64,000 nt of DNA from assembly GCF_009914755.1 (NCBI RefSeq), contig NC_060947.1. One strand, written 5' to 3'. Position 1 is the stretch's first letter. Each line of letters opens with the position of its first letter. The notes below the pieces were generated by a model. That model did no database searches and was not told the DNA's origin. It saw only the letters and a list, made by a program, of their open reading frames with translations. The position numbers and the translations under genes are program-made. Source of the DNA: the human T2T-CHM13v2.0 reference genome, Homo sapiens. Positions 14,509 to 27,289 of the stretch are shown here, in pieces.

Positions 14509-15285
14509 AGGCTGAACTTTTTAAACTAGGCAAACAGGACTGGACATTATTATTGTTGTGACCAGAATGCTGAGGACTTGGCCTCATGTGATTATTCAGA
14601 GACCAGACAGAGAACTTCAAGAGAGCATATTTGAAGGCAAGGAAACAGACACATTCCACTGTTTATAGTTTTCCATGTTCAGTCTTCACAACAAAAAACT
14701 TTCCTATATGACAGCCTCCTGCTGCAAGTACCTACAAAGAAACATCACCACATTCTATTGACTATCTGTTTTTGCAGCTTTCTTCCCACTAGGTTGTCAG
14801 TTTTTCTCCCATTTATTTTTTCCTTTTTTTTTTTTAAAGAATAAGAAATGCATATTTATCTTCTCTCTCAAAAGCATGTAGAAAGTAACGAAAGAGGAGG
14901 TCTTTATAAACATTTGCCGAATTGAACTGAGATTCTATGAGACATTCACATATTCGTGTTACCCCATAGATTTCATAATCCAGGACTCCTGGTGATTTGA
15001 GGAATCTTCTTGGAATTTCATTTGTGTATGGCAGGACTATTATTTAAACTTGTATTACTTTTCTGAGGATCCTCACCTTACTAAAACAAATCTCCCACTC
15101 AACTAATGAATGAATGAGCTGATCTCCGACACAAATAAAAACATGGCAGCCAACAAGCATCATGTTTCCCCACAGCCTCTCTTACCTCTTTCCTTCAGCC
15201 TTCAGTCCTCTTCCCCAGCCACTGAACCTCAGAATAAAAGTTGTCTCACCCTTGCTTCAATTGCTTGGAAAGAGAAATACATCAA

Positions 15286-15460
15286 CCATTGCCAGAAAAA
15301 GTAGAGGTCACCCAATTAAATTTGAATTTCAGATAAAGAACAAACATATTCTTAGCAAGAATAAGTCCCAAGTATTATTTAGAACATACTATACTATTCA
15401 TTGTTTAGTGAAATTCAAATCTAACTGGGTGTCCCATTTTTGCATTTGCTAAAATCCCTG
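15286..15460. mobile_element. MER53 palindromic MITE
   Basis: CCCAATTAAATTTGAATTTCAGATAAA ... TTTAGTGAAATTCAAATCTAACTGGG inverted arms. Confidence 0.85.
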
Positions 15461-15709
15461 TTGTATTTCTCGTCCCATTGTATTTTTCAGAGTTTCCCTC
15501 TTTAAGCTGTGCCTTCACTTTATCCTATTTCCCTCTCTGCATAGTTTTATACCTCCATGACTCTGTTTTTGCTGATGGTATACGGTGCCCTCCTTGCTTC
15601 CACAAACACATTTTTGCATTATGTCATTTCTATTCATTCCCTAAGCATCCTAAACTCCTCCAAAATTCAAACCCAGTTGGGGGCTACAAGAAGTCAGGAA
15701 ATCTGATTA

Positions 15710-16575
15710 TAATTTTTGGAAGGCGTTAATTATTGATTTAGTTTATCGAATAGGTGTAGCCTATTAAGTATTCTTCCTTGAGTGAGTTTTGGTTGATTAT
15801 GTCTTTTAAAGGAATAGATCTATTTCATCTAGATCAGCGGTCCCCAGCCTTTTTGGCACCAAGGGCTGGTTTTGTGGAAGACAATTTTCCCATGGGCCAG
15901 GGGAGGGTTACAGATGGTTTGGGGGTAATTCAAGCACATTACATTTATTGTGCACTTTATTTCTATTATTGTTACATTATAATATATAATGAAATAATTA
16001 TACAACTCATCATAATGTAGAACCAGTGGGAGCCCTGAGCTTGTTTTCCTGCAACTAGACAACCCCATCCGGGGGTGATGGAGGACAGTGACAGATCATC
16101 AGGCATTAGATTCTTATAAGGAGCATGCAACCTAGATCCCTTGCATCCACAGTTCACAATAGGATTCGTGCTTCTATGAGAATCTAGTGCTGCTGATGAT
16201 CTGACAGGAGATGGAGCTCAGGCAGTAAAAATGCCAGTGATGGAAAGTGGTTGTAAATACAGATGAAGCTTCCATCACTTGCCCACCACTCACCTCCTGC
16301 TGTGCAGCCTAGTTTCTAGCAGGCCACAGACCTGTACCAGTCCGTGGCCCCAGGATTGGAGACTCCTGATCGAAATCATGAGCATAGAGTTGTTCATAAT
16401 ATAATCTTTTCTTATTATCCTTTTAATGTCCGTGAGATCAGTAGGGATGGCCCCTCTTTCCTTTCTTCCTCTTTCCTTCCTATTAATAGTGTGTGTTTTC
16501 TCTCCATTTTTCTTGGTGTGTCTCACTAGTCTAGGCTTATCAATTTTATTGATCTTTTCAAACAACTCATTGATC
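15710..16575 (-). mobile_element. Old L1M ORF2 fragment split by MER1A
   Basis: The minus-strand ORF at 16290-16577 reads FEKINKIDKP..PTDLTDIKRIIR, an L1 ORF2 motif. Confidence 0.75.
15835..16368 (+). mobile_element. MER1A (hAT-Charlie), full length
   Basis: TIRs CAGCGGTCCCCAGCC and GATTGGAGACTCCTG; degenerate 8-bp TSD ATCTAGAT/ATCGAAAT. Confidence 0.92.
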
Positions 16576-16927
16576 ATTGATTATGACATTTTGGAGGACA
16601 TGAATTAGATGTTTCTGTCTTCTGTTCTCATACTACTACCTTTGCCAGGGTAGAGCTGGGTCTGCTTCCAAGCGTAGTTAGCCACAATCTTTGCCCAGAG
16701 GCAGACAGATGCTCTGAGGCGCTCAATCAAGCTGATTTTGGCCCTAATCCTGCCCTCGGAGACAGGGGCAGAATTAATCTAATTTTCAACAGTTAAATGA
16801 TGAAGAAACTTATTTTGTCCCTTTCATGGAAATTACAGATGAGTTGGAAAGGCAGACAATAAACAATTTATTTAAAGAACTATGAGTAATTTGCAGACAA
16901 AATATAGAAAAATATAAATAATATAAT

Positions 16928-17580
16928 AGCTGAACGAGTTTACATTCCCACCAGCAGCCACTGTGGAAAGCAGTTTGGAGATTTCTCAAAGGACTTAAAA
17001 TAGAACTATTGTTTGACCCAGCAATCTCATTAGTGGGTACATAGCCGAAGAAGTATAAATCATTTTAGCAAAAAGACATATGCATGAATATATTCATTGC
17101 AGCACAATTCACCCTAGCAAGGACATGGAATCAACCTAAATGCCCATCAATGGCAGACTGGATAAAGAAAATGTGGTACATATGCATCACGGAATACTAT
17201 GCAACCATAAAAAAGAATGAAATCATGTTCTTTGCAGCAACATGGATGCAGGTGGAGGTCGTTATCCTAAGCAAACTAACAGAGAAACAGAAAACCAGAT
17301 GCCACATTTTTAATTATAAGTGGGAGCTAAACACTGAGTACACATGGAAACAAAAAAGGGAACAGCAGGTTCTGGGGCTTACTTGAGGGTGGGAGGTGGG
17401 AGGAGGGAGATGATTGAAAAACCACCCATTGAATACTATGCTAATTACCTGCCTTGAGAAATAATTCATACACCAAACTCCTCTGACACTCAATTTACCC
17501 ATCTAACAAACCTGCACACGTAACCCTTAACCTAAAATAAAAGTTGGAAGAAAATAAATAGATAAAAAGAAAAAAAAAGA
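16928..17580 (+). mobile_element. L1PA15/16-like 3' end with a short 5' inversion
   Basis: ORF2 C-terminal remnant ([19 protein letters not shown]), 3' UTR and A-rich tail. Confidence 0.9.
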
Positions 17581-17819
17581 AAAATATCACTTCTCCCCCC
17601 AAAAAAAGAACAAAATGGAAAGTCTATTGAAGATTGTGGAGTCAGTTAAGTGATTCTTGTGGATATCAATTAAATATCACTATCCCTTTTCCTCAACATG
17701 ATGAATTACTGCTGTGCTTGGGAGATGAGAGAGTTTAGAGGTTCAAATGAAGGTGTGTGTGACACGGATACAGTTGCCAGACTCAATTGACAAAATGAAG
17801 ACCATAACTAAAAAAAGAA

Positions 17820-18000
17820 GAGGGTGAGGGATAAAAAACTATATATCGGGTACAATGTACACTATTTAGGTGACATGTGCACTAAAATCTCAGACTTCAC
17901 CACTATACAATTCATCCATGTAACCGAAAACCATGTGTACCCCAAAGGCTGTTGAAATAAGAAAATAAATAATAATAAAATAAAATAAAAATAAAATAAA
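17820..18000 (+). mobile_element. L1PB 3' end
   Basis: GAGGGATAAAAAACTA..AAAATCTCAGACTTCACCACTATACAATTCATCCATGTAACC plus A-rich tail. Confidence 0.85.
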
Positions 18001-19698
18001 TTTTAAAAATACAGCAACCACAGCCTGACAAAAAAATGGAGCAAAATTCATGTCATCAGGGAACGAAGTTCATGAAAGAGAGCATCATCTGTTGCTGAAA
18101 ACCAGGGTTAATGCTGCAGCATCTTCAACAACTAGTCCAGGTAAGATCTTTACCTTCCAGGTAAGTTAGTTCAGCGTTCACCAGAACTGAGGAGCATAAT
18201 CATAAAAAAATAGAAATGTAAGTGGAGTCTGGTACCTAAACTCATTTATATGCATTGGGAAAATGCTCCTGGGATATACATTACACACGTTTTCAAATGT
18301 TTTACGTGTCAGGTAATTGTGTAAGTTGCAATTCTTGCCACATGTGAATCACTTCCTTTAAATTTTGCTTTTTGATAGAAAGGACTCTACTTCCTAATTA
18401 TCCAGCCAGTTGCTCCTTTTCTGCAAAATCCAGCCCAAGGTGTGTTATTCTAAGATAGCATGCGACTAAGCAAGTCAGATAAAAGAAATCATAAAACAGG
18501 TCAGGTTTTAAAAATTAATCTTTATTCTATGGTTTAAGGGAAGCTAAACCAGCAGAAAATGAAATCCTAACAAAGAAGAATTGGAAAATGAAGTTTTAGC
18601 CTCAGGGGAAATATCAGAAAATGACTAATATGTTAAAAAAAATAGAGCTCAGATTGAGAGTGTGAAAAAAAGAAAGGAATGGAAATCACTAATCAAAAAT
18701 GCATGACATTGTCCTGAATAATAAATGATGTGTAAACACTGAACTAATATGAGCTGTGTACATTGTGATTTTTTAAAAAAAAATTTAGAAAATGAAAAGA
18801 AAAAGCATGAAGGATAAGAGAAAATATCTGGTATTGAAGAGGCGAATAAATGCATTTGTGAAGTGACTGGATGATATTTTGGATACATAATTGGAACAAG
18901 AGAAGGTTCCTTTTATATTAATGGAAGGGACAAGTGCTCCCATAGGGGTTCTGTGGGAAGGTTCCTGTTACTGTGGTTTAAGATGCCCTTTTACCTAAAG
19001 CTACTGGTCTCAACCATTTAGAACCACCTTGGTTTGCTGCCTTAGAACTATGAGTTATTTTGGAGGCTGGGTATCTAGAAAAAGATTCTGGCAAGATGAA
19101 CATGAGTTCAACCAAGTTATACATACCTTTGGTCAAAGACTACTAGAGTTCCTTACGTCTTGGTGATTTTCCTAGTGAATTTGTAGGGTGTTTTGTATTC
19201 TTCAGAAAACCAGCTGGAAAACATTTCAGAAAACTCTCTCAGTAGCCAACAATAATCCCTTAAACATTGTTGAGAAATCATGGGAGGGTCTATGGGGTTT
19301 AACCAAGTGGATTTGGTAGCTTAAGTCAGTATTAACGGCAATCAAGCAAGACCTCTGTCTTCATATCCTGGTGGGGAGTGGCCAGACCCTAGGTTGGACA
19401 GCTGTAAGGGAAGGTTGCTTGCTGGCTAAGTGGCATCTCACTGTCCATTCTGAAGTTTTCTATAACTATGGACAAAATTATATACCATGGGCTGTCTGTG
19501 AATAAATATGGAGTAGTTTTGTTTCTCTTTGCTTCATTCTCCTGAAATGAATATTTTTCACTATGGAAGAATGGAAGCAAGATATATATATTTCACTTCA
19601 TTCCTCTTTCGGCCTAAACAATTTATGATAGAAATTGACGCTAAAATAAACACATTCCTGCTACAAAATATATGTTCTTTATCAATGTGCTAGCTGAT

Positions 19699-20430
19699 AG
19701 TACAGCCATTGTGGAAAACATCGTGGAGTTTTGTCAGAAAACTAAAAATAGAACTACCATATAATCCAGCAAATCCACTACTGGGTATTTATTCAAAGAA
19801 AAAGAAGTCAGCATATCAAAGGGATACCTGCACTTGCATGTTTATTGCAGCACTATTCACAATAATAAAGATATCGAATCAACATAAGAGTCCACCAACA
19901 GATAGATGGATAAGGAAAATGTGGTACATATACTCAACAGAATGCTACTCAGCTTTTAAAAAGAAAGAAATGTTGTCATGTGCAGAAAGATGAGTGGAAC
20001 TGGAGGTCATTATGTTAAAGAAAATAAGCCAGGCACAGAAAGACAAATATTGCATATTCTCATTCATATGTGGGAGCTGAAAAAAGTTGACCTCATGGAA
20101 GTAGAGAGTAGAATGAAGATTACCAGAGGCTGGGAATGGTGAGGGATGAAGAGAGACTGGTGAATGGGCACAAACGCAGAGTTAGATAGAAGGAATATGT
20201 GCTAGTGTTCTACAGCACAGTAGGGTGACTATAGTTAGCAACAATTCTAGTCCATATTTCAAATAGCTAGAAGAGAAGATTTGAAACGTTCTCAACACAA
20301 AGAAATAATAAACATTCAAGGTGATGGATACCCCTAATACCCTGATTTGATCATTACACATTCTATGCATGGAACAAAATATCACATGTGCCCCATAAAT
20401 ATGTACAAATAGTATATGCCAATAAGAAAA
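19699..20430 (+). mobile_element. L1MA 3' end
   Basis: ORF2 tail ([27 protein letters not shown]) and L1MA-type UTR ACAGCACAGTAGGGTGACTATAGTTA. Confidence 0.9.
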
Positions 20431-20976
20431 CTATGTAGCCAAGTAGGGGCACATTCGTTCAAAATAGCATAGCAACATGTGAAACTATTAAAGTCACCCT
20501 TAGTGAGTCTAATATGTCTTTAATGAACTAGTTAGGAAATAAATGGTGCACGCTAAAAAGTAATCTCTGCCCTCACAGGAATTGCTACTTTTGAGAGAAA
20601 AATATGCTTTCTATGCTACTTTCCTGAGAGAAAACAGGAAAAGGTGAATGAAAGTATCAGTATGAGAAAGAAGTTCTCATTATATAGTAGGATAATAACT
20701 ACCAAAAGAGTAGAAAAAAACATTATGTCTTTTTGTTCAGAGGAGAGAAAAAGCATTATGCCAGTGCCTATAACGTCTCAATGGGGAAACATGTTAAGTT
20801 GAGCATTGAAATAAATTTAATATTTGCAGAATTCAATAGAAGAGCAGAGAAATGAGAAAAAGGGAAGTATACCAGTTGAGAACAATGTTTCTCCTTTCTA
20901 TAGTCCTCAAAAACGAGCCTTATTCCATCAGTGCCTTTTATGCTTAGGTTTTCCGTGTTACAGGAGAAAACATTAT

Positions 20977-21317
20977 TGTATTAGTCCGTTCTCGTGCTGC
21001 TATAAGGACATACCTGAGACTGGGTAATTTATAAAGAAAAAGAGGTTTAATGGACTCACAGTTCCACATGGCAGAAGGTGAAGGAGGAGCAAAGGTGTGT
21101 CTTACATGGTGGCAGGCAAGAGAGCATGTCCAGGGGAACTGCCCTTTATAAAACCATCAGATCTTGTGAGATTTATTCACTATCATGAGAACAGCATGGG
21201 AAAAACCCGCCCCCATGATTCAATTAGCTCTCACTGGGTCCCTCTCATGACACATGGGAATTATGGGAGCTACAATTCAAGTTGAGATTTGGGTGGGTAT
21301 ACAGCCAAACCATATCA
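20977..21317 (-). mobile_element. THE1B-like solo LTR with a small internal deletion
   Basis: TGTATTAGTCCG..CAGCCAAACCATATCA; 5-bp TSD ATTAT/ATTAC. Confidence 0.93.
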
Positions 21318-22252
21318 ATTACTATTTTCTTTAAACATTGAACACACATGACTTTTTGAACTGTAAAATCCTTGGTTCTGGCAGAATCATGGGCAGGAGA
21401 CTAATATGTAAAAAGACTATAGAAAAAAATGATTTAGTTGAGGGAAGGGTTAGGGATGCCAACGCTGTCTTCACACGGGTTAATTTTCTCAACATTTGCC
21501 ACCTGAGAAACTTGTACCTACTATCCAGGGCTTTGGGAAGCACCTCTTGAAAACCACTGTGTCTGACTGCCCATTATCAACAGAGGGAAGAAAGGGGTGA
21601 ATTAACAGCTCTGCAATTCATTCTTCCCCTTTATGGGGAAGACAGAAGCCCCTGGTAAAGGAAGAAGGAAGGTAAACTGGTCAAATCCCCTTGAAAACAT
21701 GCTAGGGAGAAACCTCCTGGACACTTATTATTATTTGCCAGAGGGAGGGTCCTTATATGTGGAATGCTCTTGGAAGGATGTACGTAGCCTGGCTAGAATC
21801 ACTTCTGGTAAGCAGACCTGGACTTCATGAAATTATAGGACATGGCCACATGGAAAATTTTATGTAGGCCCTGTAATTAGATGAGTAGATGTTGGAGAAA
21901 TTTTACAAACAAAATTGCCCCCTTCCATATTAATGATGTGAGTTTATGCAACAAAGACAGAAATCAAATATATCCAGCCAGACCATATGCTAATGTGTTG
22001 AGAAATTGCTTTGGGACCAGTGATGGCGTCCCATACCATCTCCAACTTTAGCTGTACTTCATAATTATCTGTATACTTTAAATTACTAATAAAACTGGGT
22101 AAGTTCTAGAATTCGTGTTACTTTGATTTGATGATCTAGATATTTCTATTATCCTTAGTAGTAACATCAATATTATAGTATACTTAAATTTACAAAAATA
22201 TCTTCATGAAATGTTTAATGTTACCAAAATGTTTGCATAAGACTAGCTTATA

Positions 22253-22306
22253 TGCACTCACACTGTACTGCTTTTTTTTTTTTTTTTGCACTCACACTGT
22301 ACTTCT
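22253..22306 (-). mobile_element. Solo poly(A) retrotransposition scar with about 20-bp TSD
   Basis: TGCACTCACACTGTACT(G/T)CT duplicated around a T16 run. Confidence 0.75.
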
Positions 22307-22932
22307 AAGATGAGCATGATTCCACTGTTATGGTTGAGTACAATGAGGTTTAAAGAGATTAAAGCCTTAATAAGGTCAAAATCTCCCTCTATGACACAAT
22401 CTGACACCCTCACTAGCACACACAGGTAAAAAGTACTTCTAAAATCAAAGCTAATAAATTATTACTGGGAATCATGTTCTGGATAAATGAATGATAAATA
22501 CCAAATTGGTGACTGTTTAAACCATAAAACAAGATTGCCTGTTTAAACTGAGTTGCAAAAAGTGGAGAGCCTCACACCCAAATGCAATGGAAATGGAAAT
22601 TAAAAACAACTGAAGAGTGAGGAAATTTGAAACAGATGGAGAAAATCCCTGTGGAAAATTGTCTTGTACAAGTGATAAAGAATGGGCTGAATCCAAGAGT
22701 CTCTGATAACAAATGCCATTCTCTGCCTACTAAAGATTGCAAGATGTTCTTTTTTTTTTTTTCTGGGCATTTTCCTTTTAAAAAGATCATTTCGTTTTTC
22801 TGTAGTTCTTTTATTTATTCATCTCAGTATTCTAGTTCACTAATCCTGTTGGTCTAATTTATTAATTAAACCATACATTGTTTATTAAATTTATTTAAGT
22901 TTCAAAAAAAGTTATGAAGAAGGCAAAGCTTA

Positions 22933-23470
22933 TGTGGTGGGCACACCCTGACGGGACCCCAAAAGGGTCACTTCTTTGTATAATTCCCTCCGCCTGAGTG
23001 CAGGAAGAACCTGTGTCAAACTCCTCACCAACAGAATATCTCAAAGGGTGTGAGCTAATCTGGAAATCAGTTTAGGTTTAGTTCATTTAATGGCTGTTAT
23101 TCTACTAATATCCATTTAGTAGATAAATGGAATCAGATTTAATCAGGTAAAATCTCTTAAAAGAAGAATCCATCCTGAGGAATGGCTGTCAATTGCTGAC
23201 TTTAAACAAGAAGGAACCCATGAATTCCATAGCTGCAAGGAAATATAATACATTCTTTCAATAAATGAACTTGGAAGAGGACTCCCTAGCCTCAAGGAGA
23301 CCATAGCCTTGGTCGACTTCTTGATTTCTGCCTTGTTTGACTATGAGCAGAGGATAAAAGTGAGTGTGGTCAGATAACTGAGCCACGGAAATTGTGAGAT
23401 GATGAATGTGTGCTGTTGTAATCTGTTAAGTTTGTGATAAATCATTACACAGATGTAGAAAACTAATACA
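22933..23470 (+). mobile_element. MLT1E/F-like MaLR LTR
   Basis: TGTGGTGGGCA start; ATAGCTGCAAGGAAAT; AAGTTTGTGATAAAT..GTAGAAAACTAATACA end. Confidence 0.78.
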
Positions 23471-24029
23471 GGTTAATTTTTTAGAAAATGCATTAGCAAT
23501 GGTAGAATTGGGAAAAACGATCTGTTGAAGGCACTGTTTGTGACATACAATCTCAGTTACTGCTTATATGGTCCAGATAAACCACTTGTTATCCCTATAC
23601 TTACAGCCATACTTTAAATCTGTTTTTCATAAATGTTGAAAGACTTTTCAAGTAAAATGTGGCCAACTGAATTTTGTCTGAATTATTAATGGGACTGCTT
23701 TCACTTTGTGCTTTTTTTTTTAATAAAAAATACTGTGAGATTTCTCATTTTCTGAATTCTGAGAATCTGACAAGCATAGACTTCACTATGTAAATGATAT
23801 ATATTTTTCCCCCTGGAAAATCAAAACAAATGTAACACATTAAATGTACAGCTTCCTTGAAATACACTTTCTGAATCCCAGATAATTAACATGTGGAGAA
23901 AAAATGAGCTCCTTAGAGTCATGAATATTTGGTAATTAAGAGGTATTCTCAAGTCAGACCACAACTTTAAATGTGAAGTTGTAAACAGAGGTCACATTAC
24001 CATCTTGGAGATTCTAAGTTTTTAAAGGC

Positions 24030-24045
24030 AGAAAGAAAGAAAGAG

Positions 24046-24123
<78 letters not shown>

Positions 24124-24336
24124 GAAGGAAGGAAGGAAGGAAGGAAGGAAGGAGGAAGGAAGGAAGGAAGGAAGGAAGGAAGGAAGGAAGGAAGGAAGGA
24201 AAGAAAGAAAGAGAAAGAAAGAAAGAAAGAGAAAGAGAGAGAGAGAAAGAAAGAAAGAAAAGAAAGAGAGAGAGAAGGAAGTAAGGAAGGAAGGAAAGGA
24301 AGAAAGAAAGGGAAAAGGAAGGAAGAAAAGAGAGAT
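24030..24336. repeat. Compound (GAAA)n/(GGAA)n STR including 19 perfect GAAA units at 24047-24122
   Basis: Directly visible. Confidence 0.97.
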
Positions 24337-24408
24337 ATAACCCAAAATATGGATAAAACCATGCAAAATGCATTCTGCAAAGGGTGCATTAAGAAACAAC
24401 TCTCAGAT

Positions 24409-24692
24409 GACTGGGCAGGGTGGTTCACGCCAGTGATCCCAACACTTTAGGAGGCCCAGGCAGGTGGATCGCTTGAAGCCAGGAGTTCAAGACCAGCCTG
24501 GGCAACATGGTGAAACCCTGTCTCTACTAAAAATGCAAAAATTAGCTGGGTGTAGTGGTGGGCACCAGTAATCCCTGAGGCAGGAGACTCACTTGAACCC
24601 GGGAGGCGGAGGTTGCAGTAAGCTGAAATCACACCACTGCACTCTAGCCTGGGTGACAGAGCCAGACTCTTCCTCAAAAAACAAACAAACAA
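24409..24692 (+). mobile_element. AluS with a small right-arm deletion
   Basis: Dimer; TSD-like AAGAAACAACT(C/T)TC on both sides. Confidence 0.92.
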
Positions 24693-24956
24693 AAGAAACA
24701 ACTTTCCTCCATCAGTATGCATTTCTCATGTCTTGAATGTTTTAACCAATTCTTGATTTTTAAGCAAAATGCTTCAGGTTACTTTAAAAAAATCTCTTTG
24801 ACATATTCTATTCTCTTTCATCTTTTTCTCTTTATTTATTCATGCCAGAGTTAGCAGTGCCTTTTTTTCCTTTTTTTTTTTTTTAAATTTTTGTACAGGG
24901 CTAGTGGTTAGGATTAATAGGAACCTCTTTAAGCACTGCTGAGTAATTGTATCATT

Positions 24957-25475
24957 TATGATGGTTAATTTTGTGTATTACCTTGATGGGTTCATGGGAT
25001 GGCCTGATATCTGATGAAACATGTCTGAGTATGTCTCGGAGGGAGTTTCAAGAAGAGTTTCAAGTATTCAAGAAATGGTTTCAAGAAGAGCGTTTGGATT
25101 CAGGTAAGGCAGATTGCCCTACCCAAGGTGAGTGGGCATCATGCAATCCACTGGGGGCCTGAATAAAACAAAAACCACAGAGGAAGATTAGGTTTGTTCT
25201 CCCTCTGCCTGGGAGCTTGAGCCGGGACACAGATCTTCTCCTGGCCTTCGTGCTCCTGGTTCACAGATCATCAGACTCAGACTGGAATCTACATGATTCT
25301 CTCTGACTCTGAGGCTTCAAACTATGCTTCTGGCTTTCCTGAGTCTCCAGCTGGCAGACAGCAGCAGTAGATCATGGGATTTCTCATCCCCCATAATTGC
25401 ATGAGACAGTGCTTTATAGGAAATCTTCTTATTTATCCTATTGCTTCTGTTTCTCTGGAGAACTCTGATGCATAC
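24957..25475 (+). mobile_element. MLT2 (ERVL) solo LTR
   Basis: TGATGGTTAATTTTGTGT start; CCTATTGCTTCTGTTTCTCTGGAGAAC end. Confidence 0.88.
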
Positions 25476-25825
25476 ATTATTTTACCAGGCTATGTCTTAG
25501 GTGGAAGACCTATGTCATCTGTTAGCTTCATGGAAAATGTCTTTATGGCAAAAAGCATGGTGAGATGCAGCGGCTTAAAGACAAGTCACACAACTCATGA
25601 GTAAGGCATCAACAGCACATACTGTTTGGTTACAGAAGGAGGTGTGTTCTTATATAATGCTTACATGTAAACTTAAAAAAATTAAATCTACTGGGATGTA
25701 AACCTTTTACTGTTTTGTATGATTAAAATAGACCATTTTCCATTGACACCACCTGCACTATCATGGCTTGTACACGCATACTTCTCTATAATGGCAGACG
25801 TTGAATATTAAACAACTGATGAGGT

Positions 25826-26166
25826 CTCTATCACCGTATAACAAACTACTCCAGAACTGCATAGCACAGAACAGTAACCATTTTATTATGCTAACCATTG
25901 CCAGGCTTTTATAATTCAGTCAAGGTACAGGTATAGCTCGTCTGTTCCATGGAGTCTGGAGGCTTCAGGTGGTAAGTCTCAAAGAACTTTGCGTAATTCA
26001 GATGGCTGGGAGACAGAATTTTGGGGAGGCTTCTTTATTTACATGTCATGTGCCTGGACTGAAATACATTGAACACTAGGCTCAAGTGAACTGTTAATGG
26101 AAGTACCTACATGTAGACAGCCTTCACATGTAGCTTGGGCTTCCTCATGAAATGGCAGCTTCAGAA
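25826..26166 (-). mobile_element. Old MLT1 (H-like) LTR fragment
   Basis: GTATAACAAACTACTCCA..CCATTTTATTATGCT..CTTGGGCTTCCTCA..ATGGCAGC. Confidence 0.65.
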
Positions 26167-26439
26167 TCACCCTAACACCATTGCTGCCAAGAATCTTTTT
26201 TCGTGTGCTTTAAGTTACCTGAAAAACTTTGGTGAAGTTTTTGAGTGAAGCGTTTTGGTGGCTTGCATTTAAAAAAATATTTTGACAAATTTTAGGGGGA
26301 TTGTTTCCCTATTACTGAGTTTTGTTGTTTTTACATAAGGTATATATTTTAGTAGGTTTTATGAAAAATTGAGTTTGTTTTGCCAGTGTTTCAATTATGT
26401 ATGTCCCCAAATTACTTATTTTACCACTATTGAAAGACA

Positions 26440-27000
26440 GTTGAAGCAAGCATACACTTACAGGTTGAAAGTTTCTATTTAAAACACCTTACAATATGAG
26501 TCCATTTTATATGGGTTCTATTGCTGCTGATAAGAAACTGGCTGTCAGTCTTATTGCCATTCCTTTATGATTAGTTTTTTTTTCTCTTCAGTAGCTGGTT
26601 TTACTTTCCTTTATTTTAGCTCTTTTTATTTATTCTGTTGACTTTTGAATATTTGAGTCTGATTGTTTGGGGTACATTTTTGCACAGAGAACTCATATTT
26701 CCCTTTAACACTTCTTATGTTACTACTCTGTCTTTGCAAACTCACCCATAACGTCTTTATTAATATGTCTCTAACCTGCTTGAGAGTTTGCCTATTTATT
26801 TTTGATCCTCCATTTTTTTGTGTGAATTCCTTTATAACGCATTTTCTCTTTTTTTAACCATTTCATTCCAATTTATTAATTCTTCCTTTGACTTTTCAAA
26901 ACTATATTTAATTCTGATTAACAAGGTAAATAATTTTTAAAAATAAAATCTGTGGTTTTTATTTATAAGATACGTAATTCATTTCTAGATTTATCGTCTC
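26440..27000 (-). mobile_element. Ancient L1M ORF1-region fragment
   Basis: T-rich; TTCTATTGCTGCTGATAAGAAACTGGCTGTCAGTCTTATTG resembles antisense L1M ORF1; boundaries vague. Confidence 0.5.
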
Positions 27001-27289
27001 TTATTTAACTTTATTTTTTCTTGATACATCTTTTTTCTTTTTTCCAAAACTAATTATTCTAGTGATTAGTCATTGTAATTATAGTGCTTATTACCATTCT
27101 CTATTACAAAATAAGGCTACTTTATTATGTCAATGAAGATATTTTAAGAACTAGGCTCAATTTTCTAGCCAGAGTTCTTCCTCTATTATGTACCTCAAAT
27201 GCTGATAATTCTGCTTCTGCACCTCCTCAAATATGAAACATAATTGCATGTTGTGTATATGAGTTTTTAATTTTGGTGTTTTATGTCTT

